Shown one piece after another: positions 35,641-45,640 of a stretch of 64,000 nt of DNA. The notes beneath the pieces were generated by a model, which ran no database searches, had not been told where the DNA came from, and was given only the letters and a program-made list of their open reading frames with translations. Both the position numbers and the translations under genes were made by a program. The stretch lies in sequence record OP991903.1; one strand, 5' to 3'. The first letter of the stretch is position 1, and the number at the start of each line of letters is the position of its first letter.

Positions 35641-38217
35641 ATGGTAACGAAAGCGTACGCGTTCGAGTTTGACCCATACGGGACGAATACGAACAACAAG
35701 ATTACTAAGGAGCGTCATACCATTACGCCTGTGGGCAACGGTCAGACGAACTTCTTTATCCCTACCAAGGGACCGTTTCACCGACGTGGTTTCGTGCTAC
35801 GGAATGCCGCAACCCAGTTGCCGTTACGTCCAGGGTACGACTATTACTTCGGTTTCCGTTTTGACCAGATGATTCTGTCGGGGGCGATGCAACCTATTTA
35901 CGGTGCCATCGTCATGAACGACCCGCAGGCGAACCTGATAGTCGAAATTGATTATCAGACGCTGGGCGGCGAGTTCGTTCTGGATACCAACCAGATTACG
36001 ACCCTGCTGGCCAACAAACAACTTGACCCGCGCACCGTGACCTGGTCTGCGGTGGTGGACATCCCGGATGAGTTACCACCGGTACCACATCGTCACAATG
36101 TGGACGACATGGTCGGGATGAATGAAGTGGTGGCGCGCCTGTATGACTTGATTGACGCACAGGAAGCCGGGTACAACAAAGCGCTTCAGGCACTCCTTGA
36201 GCACATTGCTGACCACGCCAACCCGCACCACATTACCTTGGCTGACTTGGGCATTGATGACCTGGGTAACCTGGTTCCGGCCAGTAAAGAAGAAGCCGAG
36301 ACCGGTACCGACAACGTCAAGTACATGACGTCATTGCGTGTGATGGACTTCACTAACAAGTTCATTGTTCCGATGATTAATGCGCACGCGAATCGGACGG
36401 ATAACCCGCACGGTACAACGAAAGCCCAGGTCGGTCTGGGGTCAGTTGACAACTACCAGACGGCGACCGTTGTGGAAGCACAGGCGGGTGTAGCAACCAA
36501 CCGCTTCATGACTCCTGCACTGACTAAAGCGGCCATTGACGTATTGGCTCCGTTGGCGCTGGCGTCACACACCGGGAACACCAACAACCCGCATAACGTC
36601 ACGAAGGCGCAAGTGGGTCTGGGTAGCGTACCGAACTATGCGATGGCGACATTGGCCGAAGCGATTTCGGGAACCAGCACCACCACCTTTATGTCTCCGT
36701 ACTTGGTAGCGCAAGCTATCTCCAATGGTTCGGGTCAGGGTCTCTCTGCGCACTTGCTGGACTTCAGTAACCCGCACCAGGTCACCAAAGACCAGGTTGG
36801 TTTAGGTAACGTGCCAAACTACGGAGTGGCAACGCTACAGGAAGCCATTGCAGGAACGGCCACCGATAAGCTGATGACCGCTTACCTGGTGAACCAGATT
36901 CTGAAAGCCACCGGTAGTGATGGGATTGCTGCGCACATTGCGGATTACAACAACCCGCATAACACGACCAAAGCACAGGTCGGACTCGGTAATGTTCAGA
37001 ACTACGGTATGGCAGAAGACGCTGATATTCTGGCGATGACAGCAGACGACAAATACGTCTCTGCGGCTGACCTGCGTATCTTCCTGAACGGTCCCGTACA
37101 CGACATGATTGCAGCGGGTGCTGAACCTGTAACCAAAGACTCGATTGGGTTGGGTCAGGTGCAGAACTACGCGACAGCGTCGGAGACGGATGTACTGAAT
37201 GGTGCGCCAGACAAGTACATGATTCCATCGACGGCCGGTGCTTTGCTGGATACGCTGTTGGTTGATGGTTATCACTTGACGGCGAACACCGGTTGGGTGA
37301 ACGACATCATTACCCGTGCGCCGTTTGAAGGTCTGTTGGCTGACTCTACCGTGGAAGGTGATTGGACTGCGTCTCGTTTGGGTCTCGTGACCAAAGGGAA
37401 CAGTACCGGTACCCCAACCCTGACATGGCAGTTCACGGACAACGAGTACGACGTATTACCGTCCGTCCTGACCTTTACGGGGACGTTCACCATGCGTGCG
37501 GGCATTGCGGTGTACTTGCCGTTAGTGCACTACCAGGTGGATACCGGGTCCGGTAACATGGAAGACAACTTCATGGCGGCGCGTATTCGTACCACCGGCG
37601 TGACAGAAGTGTACCTGGACAGCCAAGGGACGTTGGTGGATGCGAAAGCAGAAGCTGCGTTAAGTACCGCCGCAGGAGCAACCCTGACCTACAGCGCGAA
37701 AATCACCCGTGGTGTTAACCTTCAGATTATCCTGAAGAACGGGACTACGCAAATCTTCACCGCAACGTATCCGTTGACCAACATCCTGACTGAAACGGGT
37801 CTGACGTTGACTGACTTGGCATACGTCTTCGGTGCTGGCTTACTGGCCCCAACTACTGACCTAGCCGATGTCACCTTCAAACCGGATAACTGGCCGAGCC
37901 TGAACTTCGTCTTCACTGACGTTGTTGGGGCGAAGACCTACAGTTACGCCAAAGGTGCTTGGACCAATGCGGCAGGCTTCGAAGGCCCACTTCGTAAATC
38001 CCGTTTCTACTTTAACGAGTACACGAACGAAGTCTTCATGGCACTGAGCACTGAGCGTGTGATGTTGATGGCGTCTCCGACCTTCGGTATCGCAGACAGC
38101 ACGGAAATCAAAGCGACCAGCAATGGTTACGGCGTATCTCTGGCGCTGACCGGTACAGTCGACCGCGACCTGACCGTCAACGGTGATATCAAGTACGACG
38201 ATGGTACCACCGCGTAG
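35641..38217 (+). CDS. tail fibre (phiKZ gp145-like) with NPHxxTKxQVGLG repeats
   Basis: Four full and two partial repeats; N-terminal FDPYG..N domain. Confidence 0.8.
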   Translation: MVTKAYAFEFDPYGTNTNNKITKERHTITPVGNGQTNFFIPTKGPFHRRGFVLRNAATQLPLRPGYDYYFGFRFDQMILSGAMQPIYGAIVMNDPQANLIVEIDYQTLGGEFVLDTNQITTLLANKQLDPRTVTWSAVVDIPDELPPVPHRHNVDDMVGMNEVVARLYDLIDAQEAGYNKALQALLEHIADHANPHHITLADLGIDDLGNLVPASKEEAETGTDNVKYMTSLRVMDFTNKFIVPMINAHANRTDNPHGTTKAQVGLGSVDNYQTATVVEAQAGVATNRFMTPALTKAAIDVLAPLALASHTGNTNNPHNVTKAQVGLGSVPNYAMATLAEAISGTSTTTFMSPYLVAQAISNGSGQGLSAHLLDFSNPHQVTKDQVGLGNVPNYGVATLQEAIAGTATDKLMTAYLVNQILKATGSDGIAAHIADYNNPHNTTKAQVGLGNVQNYGMAEDADILAMTADDKYVSAADLRIFLNGPVHDMIAAGAEPVTKDSIGLGQVQNYATASETDVLNGAPDKYMIPSTAGALLDTLLVDGYHLTANTGWVNDIITRAPFEGLLADSTVEGDWTASRLGLVTKGNSTGTPTLTWQFTDNEYDVLPSVLTFTGTFTMRAGIAVYLPLVHYQVDTGSGNMEDNFMAARIRTTGVTEVYLDSQGTLVDAKAEAALSTAAGATLTYSAKITRGVNLQIILKNGTTQIFTATYPLTNILTETGLTLTDLAYVFGAGLLAPTTDLADVTFKPDNWPSLNFVFTDVVGAKTYSYAKGAWTNAAGFEGPLRKSRFYFNEYTNEVFMALSTERVMLMASPTFGIADSTEIKATSNGYGVSLALTGTVDRDLTVNGDIKYDDGTTA

Positions 38218-38224
38218 TAATCTA

Positions 38225-38255
38225 AGAAGAGGGGATTCGTCCCCTCTCTTTATTC
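38225..38255 (+). terminator. probable terminator
   Basis: agagggga-ttcg-tcccctct followed by cttt. Confidence 0.65.
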
Positions 38256-38279
38256 TGATTAAACCATAAAGGGTGTAAC

Positions 38280-38834
38280 ATGAAAGTATCTCTCAGAGCG
38301 GTACTCAAGCCCGTATTAGATTTTGTTACTCAATTCGTTAATAACACCAATAACCCGACCAACGTTACTGCCGCTCAAATCAATGCGTACACCAAAACCG
38401 AAATTGATTCTCTGCTGGCCGCCAAACTCCAGTTGAGTGACGTTCCCATTTCTTACTGGGGACAATCCGACACCTTCGCCATTTCCGTGGCGGTCGATAG
38501 CGCAGGGCTGAAGATTAACACTGCCGTTCCTTCCCTGTTGGCGGGTATCCGTGTGGTTCTTCCGGTCAGTACCCTGACTATCACTAAAACCTCCGGGTCA
38601 ACGAACTTCATTTACCTGAAGGCAGATGTGGGGGCGTTGACCTACGTGGTCAGTGCGACTGAACAGGCTGAGTCGAATACGTTGATGTATCTCGGTAAAG
38701 CAGTGGGGACAGGTACCAGTGCAACGTTGACCGATTTTACTCCAGTCATCCAGATTGGCGGTAAGCGTCTGTCTAACACCCGCCGCGGGAACGCCATCCC
38801 TGTTTCGAACAGTGCGGGGAATACGTCATGGTAA
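38280..38834 (+). CDS. short tail-fibre-associated protein
   Basis: NPTNVTAAQ.NAYTK N-module; C-module shared with the next gene. Confidence 0.6.
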   Translation: MKVSLRAVLKPVLDFVTQFVNNTNNPTNVTAAQINAYTKTEIDSLLAAKLQLSDVPISYWGQSDTFAISVAVDSAGLKINTAVPSLLAGIRVVLPVSTLTITKTSGSTNFIYLKADVGALTYVVSATEQAESNTLMYLGKAVGTGTSATLTDFTPVIQIGGKRLSNTRRGNAIPVSNSAGNTSW

Positions 38835-41509
38835 AATCGGTGAGTGTTGGTGAGACCATCAAATCGGTGACCGATTACCAGCAGGCCATTGATGACGGGG
38901 CAAACCCAAACGAGGTTACCACGGACCAAGTCGGGACGTACACCAAAGACCAGGTGGATGCGAAACTCGCCCTGATAGCAGGTTCCGGTGACCTTCCGTT
39001 GTCCCAGTTCGGCGACCTGGGGTTCATCCCGCCAAATATCTCGGTGAAGTACGAAGGGGCGGCGACTTACAACCCAGGGATTGCGTACAACGTCGAAGCA
39101 GACGGGTCACGTAACTATCTTCGGGCAGGATGCGACGGTTCGCAGTACGGAGTTTACCTCTGTAAGTACAATGTCAATGCGTTAGGGAATGTCGAAGGAT
39201 ACAGCCCGTTAGCGAACATCTGGCAACCGTCGTACCTACCGGACACCCAACGTCCTATCGCCGTGATAAACGGTCTGGAGACACAGGTAGCATTACTGGT
39301 CAGGGATAGCGCAAACAACCGTTCTTTCTTTGCGGTCAGTGAACGCACGGGGACACTGGACCCGGCTGCCCACGCGACTGGACTGAAAGGGATTATCGGT
39401 AGCACCTGGACCCCGAGCCTTTCTTGCGTACTGGCGCACAAGGGTAGTCTCTACCATTTCCATTACAACCTCAACGACACGCAAGGTGTGGCCTTGTCTA
39501 TCGTGGTGGATAAAATGGAAACGTACACGGGCAACCCAGCAAGTGCTCCAACTCAGCTCTTAGGTTGGACGGGCAAAGACATCCACGGCAACCAGTTCAA
39601 CAGCTGGGATGCGATTGCGGTGTCAAAGTACTACATCACTGGGGTACCTGGTTTAGGGAATGACTCGGTCTATTTCGAATGGACGGATAACCTCCCGGCG
39701 ACCGCGCCGATGATTCAGCCGCCGAGTATCCACGCCACATTCTTGTCGGGTGATACGTATCGACTTTTCTTTGTCCATGAACAATGGGTGAGTTTGGCGA
39801 GCGGGGCCTCTATCCGCGTTCTGGTCAGTCGTCAAGTGGATGTTAACCTGATAACGAGGACCTTTACCTGGCAAGCTAACTCGTTGGGTCCGACACAAGC
39901 GGTCGGGGACACCAACGCCAACAGCATCGTTATCAATGGATTAGCTTCTTACCCGGATTCCGTTAAGTACGGTCTTTCGGGACTGGGTAACGTCAGGCCG
40001 TCGTTTGGTCGGTGCCCGCGGACGAAAGAAGTGTTGACGCAAACCAACTCTGTGGTCTACGGGACTTCCCAACAGCAGTACCTTGGGGTGGTTCCTGATG
40101 CGGTGTGGTTGGACCCGAAACAACGCAACTTCAGTGGGAAACCACCGTATGCGTATAAAGGTAACTATCCTACGCCCCTGACGGTGAGTATCCGTATCCC
40201 GAAAGTGTTAGCGAAGGATAAACTCCGCGTCTCTTTCGATGGTGGGCAGGCGAACATCACCGGTATCAACTACAACGATACCACGGTGTTCAACTACCCG
40301 GACGGCACCACCTCGACGTGGGCATTGGACACGGGAAGGGAAGCGACCGGGCCGATGGAAACTTCCCGGATGTTAACCGAAATTGATGTTAACTTTAATG
40401 TCCGGTTATCCAATACATTTACTCGTGACGCCCCCAGTGGGTCTTCTAACCTTGACCAATACGGGATAGGGACGAATGATACTACAGTGACGGCGGCTGT
40501 CTTCGATGCGATTGAAGCGTCTGCCCGCGCTGAGTTAGGCGGGGTAGGGACAATTCGCAGTATGCACACGGTGGTTGCTATACCGCGTATCCTGACGAAG
40601 AAGCTGACCAACAAGTTCGTGTCACTGACTTTGATTATCATGGGCGACGGGGCAGGTTTCAATTTCCTGACAATGGGGGATAAAACCGGATGGTCCGGCG
40701 GGACGTTGTCTGCGGTGTCGATTTCCCAAAAACGGTTGTCTGAACAAGTCGCTACGGGCGTTATCTCCGTGGTAAATGTGGGTGCCGGTGGTATCGGGCT
40801 GACCATTGCTGAACAAACGGACTACACCTTTGTGGGCGGGTCTATTCCGTTCTCCACCAGTTATCCGGGGAACTCTGGACATCCGTCTCAGGCGGTGGGC
40901 TTCAACGACAGCGACGGGGCGATGTTCGCTATTCGCGATTACCAAGGACATGGGTACGCGAACCAGGACGAACTCTTTGCTCTCCCCTCTTCGTTAGGGG
41001 TAGTCGCGATGAACACCAGTGTCGACAGTTTATTCGTACAAACCACCCTGACGGTGATGTCGTACGGACGAACCAAGACCGGTGTGTTGTCAGGGGCAAC
41101 CACCAAAGCCAAGGTAATTGCAACACAGGCAGTGAAGGGGAGCTGGAACGTATACTTCTCAGAAGAGGTGTATTGTCAGATTGCGGGCATCAAAGGTCGT
41201 GCGCCGAAGAAAACCGTCAATTTGACCAGCGTAATAGCCGACCCCAGTAACAAAACCTTTTACATTTACGTTCAGTTGACCGATGGACAGTTTGACTACC
41301 TGGTCACCAACGGTCCACAAAGCGCTGACCGGAACCGATTACTCGTAGGGACTGTCGCTACCGACACGACGCACGTTGTCAGTGTAACAGTCTTTAAAGT
41401 GGTAGGGATTGACGGCTTCTCCTTGTCGTTCGATAAGGCTCCGTTCGCTATCCCGGCCTCGAGCGGTAACCCGACAACCACCGGTGCTTTAAACTGGACC
41501 TTCCCTTAA
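38828..41509 (+). CDS. tail fibre (phiKZ gp146-like)
   Basis: 893 aa; NPNEVTTDQVGTYTK; beta-rich central region. Confidence 0.7.
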   Translation: MVKSVSVGETIKSVTDYQQAIDDGANPNEVTTDQVGTYTKDQVDAKLALIAGSGDLPLSQFGDLGFIPPNISVKYEGAATYNPGIAYNVEADGSRNYLRAGCDGSQYGVYLCKYNVNALGNVEGYSPLANIWQPSYLPDTQRPIAVINGLETQVALLVRDSANNRSFFAVSERTGTLDPAAHATGLKGIIGSTWTPSLSCVLAHKGSLYHFHYNLNDTQGVALSIVVDKMETYTGNPASAPTQLLGWTGKDIHGNQFNSWDAIAVSKYYITGVPGLGNDSVYFEWTDNLPATAPMIQPPSIHATFLSGDTYRLFFVHEQWVSLASGASIRVLVSRQVDVNLITRTFTWQANSLGPTQAVGDTNANSIVINGLASYPDSVKYGLSGLGNVRPSFGRCPRTKEVLTQTNSVVYGTSQQQYLGVVPDAVWLDPKQRNFSGKPPYAYKGNYPTPLTVSIRIPKVLAKDKLRVSFDGGQANITGINYNDTTVFNYPDGTTSTWALDTGREATGPMETSRMLTEIDVNFNVRLSNTFTRDAPSGSSNLDQYGIGTNDTTVTAAVFDAIEASARAELGGVGTIRSMHTVVAIPRILTKKLTNKFVSLTLIIMGDGAGFNFLTMGDKTGWSGGTLSAVSISQKRLSEQVATGVISVVNVGAGGIGLTIAEQTDYTFVGGSIPFSTSYPGNSGHPSQAVGFNDSDGAMFAIRDYQGHGYANQDELFALPSSLGVVAMNTSVDSLFVQTTLTVMSYGRTKTGVLSGATTKAKVIATQAVKGSWNVYFSEEVYCQIAGIKGRAPKKTVNLTSVIADPSNKTFYIYVQLTDGQFDYLVTNGPQSADRNRLLVGTVATDTTHVVSVTVFKVVGIDGFSLSFDKAPFAIPASSGNPTTTGALNWTFP

Positions 41510-41553
41510 GGACTCTTCTCCACGGACGGAGACCAATTTAGAAGGGTGTTGCG

Positions 41554-42648
41554 ATGAAAATTAGTTTGCGGGAATTTTACCAGCAATTTAAGGTGTTGGT
41601 GAATACCGGTATTTACGACCTCCTTGACCGCCCTAACTGGAGTAAGGGTGATGCGTTGTTCAGCAAAGTTGAGGACGGTACGCCGAGCGTAGTTTCCGGA
41701 CCACTGGTAAACTTTTATCCTATCGTCAACACGGATGCTCAACTTAACGACCAAAAGAGTGCCAGTTTTGGAACCGTGTTCAACCAGTGGGAGCGCATCT
41801 CACTGAACGGGACCAACAAGATGACGGACCCAACCGAAGCTGCTGCGTGGAACTACGACTCAGCGAACGATGCGATTGTCTGCACCGTGAACTCCGTGTA
41901 CACCACCGGTTTCCTTTCCCCTGACAAATACGACAGCTACATCTTTGAAGTCGAGTTGTCCAGTGCGGATGGCGATGACGATGCTATCGGTCTGTGTCTG
42001 GCGTATCTGGAAGAGAACGGCGTCCCGATGTCGTTGATGGTGTACCGCACTTTCTCCACGGTTGTCCCTCATGACGCCAGTTACCGCATTGACCCGGTGT
42101 ACGTGGTACTGAACCCGGCGAGTCCGACCGGTACCATGAAGTACATCGGTGGCGTGACTGGTACCCTGCACCATGCGGATGGCTCAGTGATTCCTGCGGA
42201 AGGGATTACCACCAACGGCGGGAAGGGGAGCTGGGGTACAGCAGGACCTGTGCGGTTGAAGGTGGAGCGTACGGCAACGCAGATTAAAATCTGGGCCTCT
42301 GACGTGGGTTCACCGACCGTGTACAGCGAAGCCAACTCCTTGGTCATCCCATTGACTAGTGCTGACCTGAAACGCTTCCAGCAACCGGCAAAGATTGGTT
42401 ACATTGCATTCAGTCAGCCACAGGCTACCTTCAAGGTGTTCCAGTCACCGGGTAGCAATAAACCGATTATCGACGCCCGTGACAACTCCACCTGGAAGTA
42501 CGAAAACCGTGCCTGGGTCAAGTATGCTGCGGGTAACCCAAAGGCCGTCATGGAGATGCCGCAGGGTCGCCTGTTCAGTTCCACCGTGGACAAGCAACTC
42601 TACTTCACCAAGGAAGACGGTGTCTTGTCGAACATCACTCCGCCGTAA
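41554..42648 (+). CDS. tail-associated lectin-like (ConA-fold) protein
   Basis: FLSPDKYDSYIFEVELSS.DGDDDAIGL jelly-roll pattern. Confidence 0.55.
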   Translation: MKISLREFYQQFKVLVNTGIYDLLDRPNWSKGDALFSKVEDGTPSVVSGPLVNFYPIVNTDAQLNDQKSASFGTVFNQWERISLNGTNKMTDPTEAAAWNYDSANDAIVCTVNSVYTTGFLSPDKYDSYIFEVELSSADGDDDAIGLCLAYLEENGVPMSLMVYRTFSTVVPHDASYRIDPVYVVLNPASPTGTMKYIGGVTGTLHHADGSVIPAEGITTNGGKGSWGTAGPVRLKVERTATQIKIWASDVGSPTVYSEANSLVIPLTSADLKRFQQPAKIGYIAFSQPQATFKVFQSPGSNKPIIDARDNSTWKYENRAWVKYAAGNPKAVMEMPQGRLFSSTVDKQLYFTKEDGVLSNITPP

Positions 42649-42711
42649 GTCTCATTTTATAGACTGACCCGCTTTATATTCGCTTGAAGTAACCCCAAAG
42701 GGAGCCTTACG

Positions 42712-44532
42712 ATGGCCTTAACCAAACCCAAGTACCCGTTGGACAGAACGGGGCAGAGTGCGGCTAACCGAGTAATCGGTGAAGAGCGCACCGTCGATAA
42801 ACAGTTTAACCGAGCGTTTCAGCCCTTTGGTGGTCCGTTCTACGGCGACTCCATGGTCGTTACTGACAAAGCCAGTGGGAAGAAACTCGACCTCGGTACC
42901 GACTACACCCTGATTTACCCGTACGTTGAAGCCACTCAGAACCTTGGCTTACCGGTGTACAACATCCTGAACCTGGTGAACCGCGACTACGATACCGTGT
43001 TGCTGACGTATCAGGTTGTGGGCGGACCTTACTCCTACAGCATCGACGCCATCGTGAAAATGATGAACGATTTGATGCAGGACGACCGTGTGGTCTCCTG
43101 GGGTAACATCTGGGGTAAACCGCTGACCTTCAACCCGACTAAACACTTACATGCTGCCACTGACCTGTATTCCCTGGAGTACGTGGTGTTGGCGCTGGAA
43201 GAGTTGACGCGGGCTGTGATTCAGGGTGACGTCGCTTCGCACAACGTTATCTACGAATACATCAACCGTGTTCGTCAGCAGATGTTGGATGAAGTGGCAC
43301 GGCTCGATGCAGTGGATGCAGACCTGTACGCCAACGTCAATCGCCTGGATGCTCGTTGCCTGGCCATTGAGCAACACCTGGCGCAAGTGGAAGCGAACCT
43401 CAACGCCCACATCGCAGACAAGAACAACCCCCACAATACCACCAAGGCGCAGGTTGGCTTAGGGATTGTGGAAAACTACCGCCCTGCTACTCAGGCGGAA
43501 GCGGAAGCGGGCACCTCGTCGACATTGTACATGACGCCGCTGACTACCTGGCAGGAAATCGCCAAGTACACCGCGCTCAACATCACTCCGGTGATTCAAG
43601 CCCACATCAACGATAAGAACAACCCCCATGCGACAACCAAAGCGCAAGTCGGGTTAGGTTCCGTTGAGAACTACGGGATTGCCACCCAGCTTGATGCTGA
43701 GAACGGAACCAGTAACGTCCTGTACATGACGCCTCTTCGTACGGCCCAGGCTGTTTCGAAACAGGCGTTGATTCCGTTGAACGCCCACATCAACAACCGC
43801 TCTAACCCACACGGGGTGACGGCAGCACAAGTTGGTTTGGGTGCAGTACAGAACTACGGTATCGCCAGTCAGTCGCAGGCACAAGTCGGGGCGGATAACG
43901 CCACGTACATGACGCCGCTGCGTACTGCGCAAGCGATTAACGTACTGGCAGTGCCACTGATTAACGCCCACGCCAACCGTCAGGACAACCCACACAACGT
44001 GACGAAAGCGCAGGTTGGGTTGGGTAACGTCAATAACTTCCTGACGGCTAACGATGCGGAAGCGCAAGCAGGGACGGCTTCTGACCGTTACCTGACGCCA
44101 CGCGGTGGCTCACTGCTGGTAACGCGCATGATGAACGAAGCAGAGGGGCAGACGGGTAACCAGACGCTCCCTGGTTGGTCTCAGGGCGGTGCTATCCGTA
44201 CACCAACGGCCATCTACCGTATCCCGGGTGCAAACTTCGCGCGTACGCTTTCTGGTCTGAACGTGTACTGCGGTTCCGGCGAACGTCAATACTTCTACGT
44301 CTACAGTGGCGGTGACGGTATTGGTGATGCGCAGGTGATGTACAAAGACACCGGTAACAACGGACGTAACTCCGGTACCGTGAACGTGGGTCCATTCAAC
44401 CTGCCAGCTGTTGGGGTTGGTCGCTGGAACTACATCAAGGTCTACAACGATACCGGTCGTGGAACCAACTGGAGCATGAGCGGTGAAATCACTATCACCA
44501 AACAGGGCTCTACGTTAATCTCCCGCGTGTAA
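42712..44532 (+). CDS. tail fibre, paralog of the 35641 gene
   Basis: Four NPHxxT[KA]AQVGLG repeats at 61-65 aa spacing; homologous N-terminus. Confidence 0.8.
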   Translation: MALTKPKYPLDRTGQSAANRVIGEERTVDKQFNRAFQPFGGPFYGDSMVVTDKASGKKLDLGTDYTLIYPYVEATQNLGLPVYNILNLVNRDYDTVLLTYQVVGGPYSYSIDAIVKMMNDLMQDDRVVSWGNIWGKPLTFNPTKHLHAATDLYSLEYVVLALEELTRAVIQGDVASHNVIYEYINRVRQQMLDEVARLDAVDADLYANVNRLDARCLAIEQHLAQVEANLNAHIADKNNPHNTTKAQVGLGIVENYRPATQAEAEAGTSSTLYMTPLTTWQEIAKYTALNITPVIQAHINDKNNPHATTKAQVGLGSVENYGIATQLDAENGTSNVLYMTPLRTAQAVSKQALIPLNAHINNRSNPHGVTAAQVGLGAVQNYGIASQSQAQVGADNATYMTPLRTAQAINVLAVPLINAHANRQDNPHNVTKAQVGLGNVNNFLTANDAEAQAGTASDRYLTPRGGSLLVTRMMNEAEGQTGNQTLPGWSQGGAIRTPTAIYRIPGANFARTLSGLNVYCGSGERQYFYVYSGGDGIGDAQVMYKDTGNNGRNSGTVNVGPFNLPAVGVGRWNYIKVYNDTGRGTNWSMSGEITITKQGSTLISRV

Positions 44533-44535
44533 GCA

Positions 44536-44582
44536 GCATAAAGCCTCCTCCTGCCTTTCGGGGCAGGAGGAGTGCTCTTATG
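44536..44582. terminator. bidirectional terminator
   Basis: gcataaag-cctcctcctgcc-tttcgg-ggcaggaggag...tttatgt. Confidence 0.8.
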
Positions 44583-45558
44583 TTCCCTGGTTGGGTTTTT
44601 TGGTTCTGCTGCCAGTCTCGTCGTGGTCGTGACCGGAGACGGAGACGTTGTTGAACGTACCTTCTTTCTCCACGGTAAGCGGACCCTTCATCTGCGCCAC
44701 GTAGCCACCTGCCACACCGTCGTCCTGAACAATCGGACCGTTCAGGTGCAGGATGCCGTTTAACAGGATGTCGATGGCTTCTAACTCGATACGCTTCCCA
44801 CCGAGAATCTTGATGAAGTCTTTGGCTTGAATCGTCCCGTTCTGTTTTAGGTCGATTAGCATCCGGGCAAATTGCATCACCCCATCTTCATCCGCCGAGA
44901 CAAGAAAGTCACGTTGGTTCAACTGAAGCACCGTTTCCATGGCGTTCATTAACTGCACCACCGTATTAACCGTGTCCAGACTGAAGCGGTTCCCTTCGCC
45001 ATCCCCCAAGAGAATCAAACCCCCTTTTCCGTCGATGGTAAACTGGTAGCGACTCTTCTCACCATTTGCCTGACTGGTGAGCAAGTTAATCGCCCCGGTG
45101 TGCCCGGAGAGTTCAAAGAGGTAGTGAGTGTCTTCGGTGACTTCTCCGGTACCGTTCGGGTCAAGGGTCGCAGAGGCAGACCAACGAATCGTTTCCCCAC
45201 GACGCAGTTTACGGTCGGTGTTCATCTCTCGCCAGAAGTACGTCTTACCGTCGGCGTAACGATAGATGAAGACTTTCTCGCCACGCATCACATCGGGAGC
45301 CGTATCGCGGTTTGCATCAGACGGGAGCCAGGTTGCTTCCATCGCAGCGTCGGTGTTTGCCTGGGCCTGGAACTTGTTCCCTGAGGCATCCGTCCCTTCT
45401 ACCTTTATCTGCTGTGCATTCGCCATCAAGTCGCCCTGCATCAGCGGGGTTTTCTCTAAAGGCGTAAAGAGAATGTTATTCGTACTGAGGGGTTTGTTCT
45501 CAGCCACCACCCCAATACAAAAGAGTCTCCAGGGAGAGGAATCTTCTTTGCTGGCCAT
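44578..45558 (-). CDS. baseplate central spike (phiKZ gp164-like; gpV/gp138-like)
   Basis: OB-fold-like N-terminus (APDVMRGEKV.IYR), beta-helix repeats, C-terminal SVSGHDH HxH tip. Confidence 0.75.
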   Translation of the reverse strand: MASKEDSSPWRLFCIGVVAENKPLSTNNILFTPLEKTPLMQGDLMANAQQIKVEGTDASGNKFQAQANTDAAMEATWLPSDANRDTAPDVMRGEKVFIYRYADGKTYFWREMNTDRKLRRGETIRWSASATLDPNGTGEVTEDTHYLFELSGHTGAINLLTSQANGEKSRYQFTIDGKGGLILLGDGEGNRFSLDTVNTVVQLMNAMETVLQLNQRDFLVSADEDGVMQFARMLIDLKQNGTIQAKDFIKILGGKRIELEAIDILLNGILHLNGPIVQDDGVAGGYVAQMKGPLTVEKEGTFNNVSVSGHDHDETGSRTKKPNQGT

Positions 45559-45640
45559 GACGTCCTCGCTAATATGATTTTTTACATAGCAAGCGTATCT
45601 GTTAGACCGCTTAACTTTAGCCTCACGAGGAATAAGAATA

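Noticed and set aside
36380-44060. Repeats as CRISPR array or diversity-generating retroelement
   Set aside because: Repeats are protein-level with synonymous divergence; no spacers, reverse transcriptase or template/variable repeat pair.
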